From Octopus vulgaris (Eukaryota): a DNA stretch of 64,000 nucleotides. The stretch spans positions 52,328,001 to 52,392,000 of the forward strand of contig OX597827.1 of assembly GCA_951406725.2 (NCBI GenBank). Direction: 5' to 3'. Made by a program: the position numbers and the translations under genes. Shown here piece by piece: positions 25,745-36,035 of the stretch. The notes under the pieces were generated by a model. That model made no database searches. It was not told the DNA's origin and saw only the letters and a list, made by a program, of their open reading frames with translations. The stretch's first letter is position 1. Each line of letters starts with the position of its first letter.

Positions 25745-26500
25745 CCCTTCTGAGAGATGACTCTGCTCGATATCTAAGAAGGGTGTTGGTAGAAACTCCA
25801 TGTATTCTACTCAGTGCGAGCTTTGGGCACATAAAAGGTGCAATGCTATCAAAGAAAGGTTAATGGAGAATAAAGTCTTTGTGTGTGGCAAATGTGCAGG
25901 TACAATAAGCACTAAAAAGGCACAGACAATGGGCTCCTTCAAATGCTGGTGGGTAGGGATCATTGGAAGTAGTGGATAGCTTCTGTTACCAAGGAAACCA
26001 AATTAGCAGTGTTGGAGGAAGTTCTGAAAGAGTAGTTGCTAGGATAAGAACTGGCTGGACAAAGTTCAGAGAGCTTCTGCTTTTGTCGGTAACTAAGGGC
26101 CTCTCCCTCAGAGTGAAAGGCATAATGTATGATGCCTGTGTATGTACAGCTATGTTACATGGCTGTGAAACATGGACTTTGACTACAGAGGACTTGTGAA
26201 GGCTTGAAAGAAATGAAGCCGGTATGCTCCGCTGGATAAGTAATGTCAGTGTGCATGCACAACAGAGTGTAAATGATTTAAGAGGAAAACTGGGTATAAG
26301 AGGCATCAGATGTTGTGTACAAGAGAGAAGACTGTTGGTTTGGTCATGTGATGTGTATGGATGAGGAAAGCTGTATAAAGAAGTGCTGAGCTCTAATTGT
26401 GGAGGGTACCAGTGGAGGGGGTAGACCCAAGAAGATGTGGGACAAAGTAGTGAGAAAGGATCTTCAGATATTGGGCCTCACTGAGGAAATGACCAGAAGG
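25745..26500 (+). mobile_element. RTE LINE fragment (post-RT region), sense orientation
   Basis: ORF 25963-26199 EVVDSFCY...ARIRTGWTKFRELL...MLHGCETW, then GHV..M and GRPKKMWD. Confidence 0.9.
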
Positions 26501-26598
26501 TGTAAATGATGTTATTACAACCTGATATGTTAATTGTTGTCACTATTGTATGTAATTTTTTTGTTTAGCAATTGAAACAATATTTCTCTTTATTTCAG

Positions 26599-26781
26599 GA
26601 AAGTCCCCATTTGGTTTCAATGAAGATAATCATCTGCTTGACGATACAAGTCTGGACCAAACTGTTCCCAGTCTGAGTTCTCCTGCCCGTGGTTCCCCCA
26701 ATCCTCCAACTGCTCAGGAGAGGTTGGAGCGTTTTTCACGGAAAGTCTTTGTTGGAGGTTTACCCCCAGATATTGATGAAG
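26599..26781 (+). CDS. CPEB4: CPEB exon, linker and start of RRM1 (GKSPFGFNEDNHLLDD...ERLERFSRKVFVGGLPPDIDE), phase 1-1
   Basis: tctttatttcag acceptor, 183 nt open, RNP2 motif KVFVGGL; weak donor G|gttcaa. Confidence 0.96.
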
Positions 26782-26984
26782 GTTCAACATTTATTATAAC
26801 TGATTATACCAAAGTTTATTTTCACCATTCACTTTAAGAAACCATGAAAAATTTTGTAAATTCCATACAAATCTACCTAATTGAAGTCAAAGTAGTTAGT
26901 GACATGTAATTGTATTGTATTAAAAATGATGTTAAAAAAAATTAAGCTTCAGACAGATTCTATATATTTTTGTAAGGCTTGAAG

Positions 26985-27300
26985 TCATGTGGCTTAGTAG
27001 TTAGGGTATTTGGCTCATGATCATAAGGTGATGGGTTCAATTCCCAGCAACATGTGTCCTTGAGCAAGACACTTTATTTCATATTGCTCCAATCCACTCA
27101 GCTGGCAAATGTGAGTAGTACCTGTAATTCAAAGTGCCAGCCTTATCACACTCTGTGTCATGCTGATTTTCCCTGAGAACTATGTTAAGGGTGTCTGTAT
27201 CTGTAGAGTCCTCAGCCACTTGCACATTAATTTCAAAAGCAGGCTGTTCTATTGATCAGATCGATTGGAACCCTTGTTGTCGTAACCAATGGAGTGCCAG
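26985..27300 (+). mobile_element. tRNA-derived SINE
   Basis: A box tggcttagtag, B box gggttcaattccc, cttgagcaagacactttatttca. Confidence 0.8.
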
Positions 27301-27794
27301 TTTTTAAAGTAACATGTTGTACTGCTCAGTTTTTTACTAGTATGAATTGGAGCTTTTGATGTTTTACTCCTCTCTTCCCCACGTCACTTTCTCAAAGACT
27401 ACACAGAGTACTGGAAAAAGCTTTTCAGTGGAGGCTCACCAACACGTAAGGCTTCAAACCAACCCATGGGTAACAAACATTTTAGCTTTCAGTATGTGTA
27501 TCTTTCCAGTATCAGTCAAACACAGTTTGTCAACTTAAATTCTTTATTGCTTCTATTCAGTTCCAAACAATACCTTTAAATGAAAACAGGCTATTTAACA
27601 TGTTACCCAGCATTCTCATGTTAAAACTTCAGAATTAAGAAAATATGATCACAGATTCAGTTACAAATTATAAACCAATAACCAATGAAAAAACACCTTT
27701 ATCCATTCACTGTCTGTAATTCACCTTACTTTTTAGAGCGCCAACAAACTTGAAGATGAAATTAATTTTGATCACCAATTCCTTTTTTTTTTAG

Positions 27795-27884
27795 AGGAGA
27801 TTACATCAGCATTCCGACGTTTTGGTCCTTTAGTGGTTGATTGGCCTCACAAAGCTGAGAGCAAGTCTTATTTTCCACCTAAAG
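27795..27884 (+). CDS. CPEB4: CPEB exon, RRM1 (EEITSAFRRFGPLVVDWPHKAESKSYFPPK), 90 nt, phase 1-1
   Basis: T-run+ag acceptor, gtaagc donor; near-invariant CPEB2-4 peptide. Confidence 0.98.
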
Positions 27885-28894
27885 GTAAGCTGTTATTTGA
27901 ACTTCAAATTCTATATAGAATTTTCTCCATCAAACCAAACAAATATTTCTCTGTTGAGATAGTATTACATATTCTTTGACTTTATCTAGTATATATTTAA
28001 CTTTAAACAACTTTGCTACAGTTAAAGATGGAAAATATTTTAATTTTCTAAAGCTCTACAATTATTTGTTGATGGTAACAAGGAGGTTTAGACCAAAAGA
28101 AATTGAGATAAAATAATTAGATCAGCTTGTGAATTTGCTTAATCTGTACTGTTTTGATGAGTTTCCTCTCTTGAGAAACAGATGTTAAATTGTGGTGTTG
28201 ATGATGTTGATGGTGAAGTCTAATGATGCAAAAGTTGTTCTATTCAGCTCACAAAGAAATCCTAGCTTCTTTTTTTAACTTAAAACAAATTGATAATTGA
28301 AAGAATTTCTTTGCTGGAAATGGAAAGGAGTATCTTGGACCATCACACAGACACCTGATGATATATTCAAGTCCTATTGGTTAGATTAGATTTTGAGAAG
28401 AGTTTTGGATCTACTTTTCTTGGGGTATTTGTAACAGACATCTACAACAAACATATTCAGGTCCTCTACTCAACACCAAATGTGACAACATACTTTATTG
28501 TTAGGTGATGAAGAGTGTAATGATGAAATTAGTTAACATCCTGCGATGTGGGAGAAATGGAAAAAGAAAAACATTGTTTATAAATTGTCTGTCAGAACAA
28601 AACTTGCCCAAAATTGTCAGTATCAAGATTATCATAAGTTGATCATCACTCTCAGCAATATGGCTGCTGTTGTTTTCTTTATAACCATAATCATCATTAT
28701 CAACCATCACACATCATCCTAACAATCATCACCAATCATTTGAAATACTTGTTGGCCACAGCTGAAAAAGTACTCATTCAACTTCTCATTTAATACCTAA
28801 CATTACCTATCTTATACCTCAACAATTTCGATAAGTTCATATAGTTTACTATTGACTGACTGAAGATTGTTTGATTTTTCTCTTTCTTTGTTAG

Positions 28895-29013
28895 GCTATT
28901 GCTTTCTGCTGTTTCAAGATGAAATGTCTGTGCAGTCATTGATTGAAGCCTGCATCACTGATGATGATAAACTATACTGGTGTGTGTCCAGTCCTACTAT
29001 GAAAGATAAACCT
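28895..29013 (+). CDS. CPEB4: CPEB exon, RRM1 (GYCFLLFQDEMSVQSLIEACITDDDKLYWCVSSPTMKDKP), phase 1-0
   Basis: ttctttgttag acceptor, gtaagt donor, 119 nt; inside ORF 28867-29130. Confidence 0.98.
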
Positions 29014-29644
29014 GTAAGTACAGCAAAAGTTGATTTCCTAAAGAGACAACAGGAGATGGGTCCAGGACTAGGTTGGAAACTGAATTCTTACAACAAACAT
29101 GACATTGTTATTGTACAACAGGATACATAAATATTTTCTAAGGCTTAATTTCTATATCACTGTCTACCCTGTTACCACAGTGTATATATTATAATAGTTT
29201 TATGGTTTACTGTTTTACCTCTCGTTTCAATTCTTTCAGTTCTCAATTGAAATTTACTGAAGTAAAATTATTCATTAAATTTATTTTTCTCCAATTCTGT
29301 ATTGTTAAATCATTTCCATTACCTTTCTGTTTCTTAAAAACAAAAAGGTATTTAAAGGTAACAAACAAGAAAATTAATTAAAAAAAGTCAATGACTCAAA
29401 CTTCAAGATTATATTTCTATGAAAATTCCATTGCACATGTAGAGTTTTCTGACTAATTTTAAAAAAATAATTTCTTTAAAATTCTATTTTGTAAAGTAAA
29501 TAGTTCTTTTAAAAGGCAGCTAATTTCTATAAAATAGTGACAGACTAAATATTTATTATCCTTTTATTTCTCAGAGTTCAAAAAAAATATCAAATTGACA
29601 TCTTCCTCTCTAAAATAAAAATTACCTTTTATTTATTTTTTTAG

Positions 29645-29759
29645 GTCCAAATTAGACCATGGAACTTGAGTGATTCAGATTTTGTGATGGATGGTAGCCA
29701 ACCATTGGATCCGCGTAAAACAATATTTGTTGGTGGAGTTCCAAGACCACTAAGAGCAT
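29645..29759 (+). CDS. CPEB4: CPEB exon, RRM1/RRM2 junction (VQIRPWNLSDSDFVMDGSQPLDPRKTIFVGGVPRPLRA), phase 0-1
   Basis: tttttag acceptor, gtaagt donor, 115 nt. Confidence 0.98.
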
Positions 29760-30496
29760 GTAAGTATCTTTCTCCTTATCCATTTTTGTTATTTAGTTTA
29801 GTCAAGGTTGCTCGTATGTGTTTATGGTTCTGAGCTATTAACCATAAACTCAGGTGCTGGTTTTATCCACAGCCATTGAGTTGTACTTCTTAAACAAAGC
29901 TCATTGTTTAGCTTGCTTGCTTTCTATCTGAGCACAGATTTAATTCAACATATTAAAAGTATATATTTTAAATTTTAAATTGTAGAAGACGAAAAATTTA
30001 TCCATATTGATTGTATTGAGGTTATGTCTACCAGTTTGTTTATGCAAACTATTATAAGTATTTTAAGTTTTGAAGAAATGTAAGGTGTGGTAGTAACTGA
30101 TGTACTGGTATATGAATCATGATAGTCTTTTCTACTGTGGGAATGAGCTAGTCAATTACATTTACCCCAGTCATCAACTTGTACTTATATTAATTGACTC
30201 CAAAAGAATGAAAGGCAAAGTACAGAGTATCAAATTCCTACATATCAAGTAAACCAATATCTTAGCACTGAGACTTCATGCTTTTGTTAATAATTGAGAA
30301 TTTGGTCTTCAAATTCTTTATCATTTTTCTAAGTTTTGAACTTTTCTTACAGTACTCCGACAGATCTTATTTTGAGAACCAAGTCATTAGCATTGAATAT
30401 TCTCAAGAAAAACTTTTCAATACTTATAACCTCAAGAATTATAATGAATAGAAATAGAATTTAGGGCAGTATATGTACAGGTCACCCTGAATACCT

Positions 30497-30720
30497 TTTT
30501 CTTTATTACCCACAAAGGGCTAAACATAGAGGGGACAAACAAGGACAGACATTGGTACTAAGTCAATTACATCTACTCCAGTGCGTAACTGGTACTTATT
30601 TAATCGACCCCGAAAGGATGAAAGGCAAAGTCGACCTAGGCAGAATTTGAACTCACAACGTAACGGCAGACGAAATACCGCTAAGCATTTCGCCCGGCGC
30701 GCTAGCGTTTCTGCCAACTC
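30497..30720 (-). mobile_element. Young tRNA-derived SINE with perfect 16-bp target-site duplication
   Basis: gtcaccctgaatacct at 30481-30496 and 30721-30736; A box tggcagaaacg, B box gagttcaaattc; many CpGs. Confidence 0.92.
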
Positions 30721-30842
30721 GTCACCCTGAATACCTGGTAATTAAGATTATTGAGGGTACCATATAAATTGACTAATTGCAGAAATATGCAGTAATTTTT
30801 ATTGAAAACACAAGACAGGATAAACGACTGCATTTTTGAAGG

Positions 30843-30926
30843 TAATTAACTTTCTTGTCTATCTTTAATTACCTTTCTGTTAAATCCATGAAGGTAATTA
30901 AAAGTAATAGACAAGAAAGTTAATTA
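30843..30926. repeat. Inverted repeat, about 33-bp arms
   Basis: taattaactttcttgtctat-ctttaattacctt / aaggtaattaaa-agta-atagacaagaaagttaatta. Confidence 0.85.
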
Positions 30927-31242
30927 AAAAAAAAGACAATTGTAGTAAGCTTAGAGCATTGACTCAGTCAAGGGCAGATATTGAAAACACATCAAGAACT
31001 TAACAGATAATTGTGATAATGATGATTTCTGACATGGGTGCAAGGCCACAAATGGATTAATTTGGGAGAGGGAACAGTTGGATGAGATGTAAAAGCAATT
31101 ATATAGAGAGTTTGAAATAACTGTAACAAGAGACTTAGACTGATACTCAACTGATTCTGCCATCTACCATTCTATTACAGTTATGATTTACACTGAATAT
31201 CTGACTGAGTTCTATGGATAATCTCACTTTGCTCTTTTTCAG

Positions 31243-31424
31243 TGGAGTTAGCTTTGATCATGGATCGTCTTTATGGAGGTGTTTGTTATGCAGGCATTGA
31301 CACTGATCCTGAATTAAAATACCCTAAAGGAGCTGGCCGTGTAGCTTTCTCAAACCAGCAAAGTTACATTGCTGCAATCAGTGCTCGCTTTGTTCAACTG
31401 CAACATGCCGATATTGACAAGAGG
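31243..31424 (+). CDS. CPEB4: CPEB exon, RRM2 (LELALIMDRLYGGVCYAGIDTDPELKYPKGAGRVAFSNQQSYIAAISARFVQLQHADIDKR), phase 1-0
   Basis: ctctttttcag acceptor, gtgagt donor, 182 nt; inside ORF 31242-31466. Confidence 0.98.
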
Positions 31425-31909
31425 GTGAGTGTTGATATTGCTTTTTTGCTCTATTTGGGTGTGTAAAACCTGAAAGTATAAAAACGTGTTTGGTATTTAT
31501 GTAAATATATAAATAAATCTGTATATAATATAAATTATTTTTTTTTTATATGTTAACATGTTCATATTCATTTTTCTCCTTTTCTATTACATAAAAGGGT
31601 TATAAAGTAATCAGCATACTTAGAGGTCTGCATTATAATTTTCTGTTTGTACTTTAGCTGTTATTTCTTCTATATTTCTGCAATATAGTCGGGTCTGATG
31701 TAAGTGGAGAGGAAATAGTTGCATCACATATGATAATGTTGGTTCTTAGTAATATTATATAAGATAATACAATAGAAATATGGGGCTATGAAGGCAAGCT
31801 CTATTGTAAGCTTATATTACTAACTCTAAATTGGGTCACTCCACTACCAGATTAAAGTTGTACCAAATTTTCAGCTATATGGACTGAAATAAGCTTTTCC
31901 ATGGAACAC

Positions 31910-31957
31910 TGGTAATTTAAACCTGTCTTTACTATTAAAGACAGGTTTAAATTACCA
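31910..31957. repeat. Perfect 22-bp hairpin with 4-nt loop
   Basis: tggtaatttaaacctgtcttta-ctat-taaagacaggtttaaattacca. Confidence 0.95.
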
Positions 31958-32171
31958 CCTTTCCATGTTTTGGTTTATGGGATTTTTGTTAGTTGTAAAA
32001 GACTGTTTATGTTTGCTGTTCAGGGAATTAACTCCCCTTAGTTGTTCTCTGTCTTTCTCATACCACACGCTCATTCAAGCTTTGCTTTCATCAAACGTAG
32101 TTACTAAACCATCTTGTTGACATTACCAACTTAAAAATGGCAAAATAAATTTAATTTTTAGCCTAAAAAAA

Positions 32172-33958
32172 AGGCTAAGTACAGAAGTTTATCTTTGGCT
32201 ATGTATTTCTCCTGCAGCTGCCTTACCAGAAATATAGCATCAGTGGTGCTTCTCCCTGGCACAAAACCAGACTGCATCTCATTTAGACTAATTTTGCCCC
32301 TAATTAGTTGGACTATGACTCTCTTTCATCACCTGGTCCAACAATTTGATACCTTTGTAATTCCATCCAAAACCTCACCTTTACTTTTGTAGCAGTTGAC
32401 TATAGTGCTGCTACACCAGTCATTGGGTATGACTCCTTTATGAATCACCTGATTTAAAATATGAGTGACTAGACCATACCCTACACTACCAGATATTTTA
32501 AGCATCTCAATGGTGATTCCTGAAGGACCAGGAGCTTTTCCTATCTTCATGTACTTAATTGCTTTATCTACCAAGGTACTGTCGATTCATGTAGCTAGTC
32601 CCTCAATTGGATCAACATTTAGTAGGTTTTCCTCCTTCCACTCATTCTCTACATTCAACAGTCTTTCATAGTGGCATTTCCAAGCCTCTTTCTTTGCAGA
32701 ATCACTAAATGCAAGTGCACCATCATCCATGTGGACACATTTCTTTCCTATGACATCACTTTTTTCTCTCACACTCTTGCAATCTGGAACACTTCAGTTC
32801 TTTGGTCCTCATGTTGCTGAACATAGGAAATCTTCTTTTGTACTCCTCCCTTGGCTAGATATACCTGTCTCCTAGCTTCCCTTCTGGCTATCTCCTACCC
32901 CACTCTTTTAGGTCTGTTTGCTCTAATAGCCTTGTCTACAGCAACATTCCACCGCCACGTTACCCTAGGTCTGGTTAGGACTTTACACCACCCACAAATT
33001 TGATTTGTGGCATTCAGCAAGCTGTTGTGCAGGAATTCCCAGTTGTCCTCTATGTCACAAGCTCTCATCAATTTTCTCAATTAGGATGTCCCTAAATCTC
33101 TGACCATATGAAGGATTTTAAGCTTCCAAATCCAGATTTATCTGCTTCTTGATATTCTTCTGGCCTGGAGTCTAAAATCACTAATGACTAGTCTAAGCTA
33201 TGGGATACATTCTTCATGGGGGTGGGGTCTTTGTATTTAAGAGCAGCCATGCTGCCTGGTGAGAATGTAATTGATCTGGCTAGCATAACTACCCGATTGG
33301 TAGGTTGTCAGGTGGCTGGTCGGCTTCTTGAAGGTGGTGTTGCAGATCAATAGGTTATTTGCATCACAGAACTCCAGTAACCTCGTTCCCTCTTCATTTC
33401 AGGAACCAATTTCATGGTCCCCATGTACAGCATGGAAAATACCGGGCTGCCATCTGACTTGCCCATTGAAATACCCAGCCATGAAGATGAGATCCTTGTC
33501 ATTCATCTTTGAGGTAGCCTGCAGAAGCATATCATAAAAATGATCCTTCTGTTTAATTGGTAGGCCCACTTGTGGGGCATAGGCAGAGATAATTGATGCT
33601 ATGCTATTCTGCAAGACTAGCCTGAGCTTAAGAACTCTGTTGCTCACTCTGACTACCTCTATGACTTTATCCACTGTTTTCTCTGCAAGAAGTATGCCCA
33701 CAGTCCCTACCCCGCCACTGTTACCTTCCCAGAAGATTTTATACCTATGTGTCTTGCCTGTGAGGAACCTGGTTGAAGCTCCTCTCCACCTTACCTCTTG
33801 GATACAGCATACATCAACATGCCTCCATTCAAGCATCTCAACAATCTCACTAGGCCTACCTTTCAATGTGCCTACATTGACAGTGCCAAGCCTGAGAGCT
33901 GGGAAAGGGGTGAAGGAGGGAACATAGGCAGGAGAGATGGTATTGGGCACCTGAAAAG
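32172..33958 (-). mobile_element. RTE LINE 5' portion: AP endonuclease and start of RT, disrupted
   Basis: ORF 33399-33950 LRLGTVNVGTL, VDVCCIQEVRW, IISAYAPQ, AGYFN; KAPGPSGIT in 32329-32574; overlaps 780-1830 in homology. Confidence 0.93.
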
Positions 33959-34344
33959 GTTTCAGTGATCATTTGATAACAGACATGTCACATCAGTTGG
34001 TCTCACTTTAACCTTCCGTCATTCAAACGTATTAAAAATCCTTATTACTAGTGAGTAGCATTGTAAATATAAGCATTAGTGCTGCAAATATAAATAGGTC
34101 AATGCATAAATTAAGTATATAAATGATCTGCTATGGGTAAGTCCATTATACAGAGAGAGAAAGAAGTAGGTGGTTCGTTAATTTACTAAGTAACATATGA
34201 CTTTTGGTGCATGCGGTAGTAGTGTGGGTGATTGTTGGTGCTAGGGAGGGAGGGACAAAGGTATACAAGTCTTCTGATATTGAGTATAGATTTATAAGTG
34301 GAGGGGGCCAGGATGGGTAGGTGCATCGCGTCAAGCAATAGCCA

Positions 34345-34598
34345 GTTTAAAATAAGTGCATACGAATGGGAGAAACATGGCAACAGCGAGAGACATAAGT
34401 AAAACTATAGTGCTTGCGAATTTTAGAGAACAGTGACGTAAACATTAGGAAACGGAGAGAAAACTAAAGTTTTAGGGAATTACAATTAGAAAGTTATTTG
34501 AAGAATTCAAATAATTACAGGTTACGAAAGTACATGTTAGTAATATGGGTTAGATGAATGAACGAAGTGTCTGCATATATACATATACACATGCATTC

Positions 34599-34637
<39 letters not shown>

Positions 34638-34835
34638 ACCATGTGTGTACCTTTGGCGATTTTTTTTTTTCCTCCGTCTTCCCTTCTTTGGATCTTTCCT
34701 TTTTCCTATGTTTCTGATGAAGAGCTCCGCTTGAAATGTTAAATCCTCCTTCTTTCCTTCCTTTCCTGAGCGTCCAATAACACTATACTTGTTCCACATC
34801 TTTGCGTTGTTGTGTTCTTATGTTTGGAGTAACTA

Positions 34836-34870
<35 letters not shown>

Positions 34871-35115
34871 CATGGGCAAACAATGGACAGTTTAAAACAA
34901 GAGTGCCTACGAATGGGCGAAACATGGCAACAGTGAGAGACATAAGTAAAACAAGATGCTTACGGATTTTATAGAACAGTAATGAAAACATTATGAAACA
35001 GGGACAGAAAACTAAGGTTTAAGGGAATTACAATATGAAAGTTATTTGAAGTATTGATTTAAATAATTACAAGTTACAAAAGTACATATTAGTAATATGG
35101 GTTAGATGAATGAAT
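34345..35115 (+). repeat. Diverged direct repeats of about 220 bp (34345-34565 and 34890-35115) flanking a Penelope-like fragment
   Basis: Shared gtttaaaa..agtgc.tacgaatggg.gaaacatggcaacag.gagagacataagtaaaac...tagtaatatgggttagatgaatgaa. Confidence 0.85.
34636..34830 (+). mobile_element. Penelope-like terminal repeat fragment with minimal hammerhead motif (34710-34744)
   Basis: gttt CTGATGA a GAGC tcc GCTT GAA ATGT t aaat. Confidence 0.6.
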
Positions 35116-35287
35116 GAAACAATTAAAAACGAGAGAAATTCTGAGCTGTGCATATCACAAATGTCAACAATAGTAAAGCGAATGGCATGAATGTGACAAA
35201 CCCTACAACCAGAAGTGGTCAAATGAAATGGACGATTTTTGCCATTGCAAATAGAAATAGCAGCTAGTAACCATAGTGAAGTGGGAG

Positions 35288-35326
<39 letters not shown>

Positions 35327-35807
35327 CATATGTAACATACAATGCCTGTATTCATCAAATGATATTTATCTCCCACTGGATTGAGTAATTTTTTTGTAAG
35401 TCTTATCAACAAGTAAACAGTACAATTTGTATTTGTGTTTGTGTATACACATGTCTCCTTGTCTTGACATCCTGTGATAGTTGTAAACAAATGACATCAT
35501 TATACAAATGGTGTTGTTCATTTGCAATCAACTGTGAAATCATGTGTTGTTATTATCATGTTCAACAGACCAAGGGAAATATTATTTTGCTTGAAAACAG
35601 ATTAGGGTGGGCAACAAGACCATCCTCCAAATATAACAGTATATGTTTCAACACACAATTTCACATCAGAAATCTTGCAGAACAAATACATAACAGATAG
35701 AATGTTTAACATTACATTTTTTTCTAAATAACCATTCCTTTTATTATATTTTTGCTGCCATGTTACATTTTTCACCAATGTCTATTTTCAATTATATTGT
35801 GTTGTAG

Positions 35808-36035
35808 GTCGAGGTGAAGCCTTACGTCTTAGATGACCAAATGTGTGATGAGTGTCAAGGAGCTCGCTGTGGGGGAAAATTTGCCCCCTTCTTCTGTGCC
35901 AATGTGACTTGTCTGCAGTACTATTGTGAGAATTGTTGGGCCACCATTCACACACGGCCTGGCCGAGAGTTTCACAAGCCACTTGTCAAAGAAGGGGCTG
36001 ACCGACCACGGGCTGTCCCTTTCCGATGGTGCTAG
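35808..36035 (+). CDS. CPEB4: CPEB terminal coding exon, ZZ-type zinc finger to TAG stop
   Basis: gtgttgtag acceptor; VEVKPYVLDDQMCDECQGARCGGKFAPFFCANVTCLQYYCENCWATIHTRPGREFHKPLVKEGADRPRAVPFRWC*. Confidence 0.98.
   Translation, partial: VEVKPYVLDDQMCDECQGARCGGKFAPFFCANVTCLQYYCENCWATIHTRPGREFHKPLVKEGADRPRAVPFRWC

Larger units (their letters stand above)
4375..36035 (+). other. CPEB4: Partial gene model (5' end outside window): cytoplasmic polyadenylation element-binding protein, CPEB2/3/4 (Orb2) subfamily; exons listed separately
   Basis: GT-AG exons with compatible phases join into one ORF: DRGNNFDSMRFTGLESRLLDLMR...ERFSRKVFVGGLPPDIDEEEITSAFRRFGPLVVDWPHKAESKSYFPPKGYCFLLFQDE...VQIRPWNLSDSDF...KTIFVGGVPRPLRA...CDECQGARCGGKFAPFFCANVTCLQYYCENCWATIH, the RRM1-RRM2-ZZ signature of CPEB2-4/Orb2. 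The symbol stands for the subfamily, not one-to-one orthology. Confidence 0.97.

Noticed and set aside
26985-27060. tRNA gene-like A/B boxes here and at other SINE heads
   Set aside because: They continue into SINE bodies and form no cloverleaf.
1-36035. HDV-like (mammalian CPEB3-type) ribozyme in the introns
   Set aside because: No nested double pseudoknot or sequence match recognised by eye; a descriptor search would be needed to exclude it.
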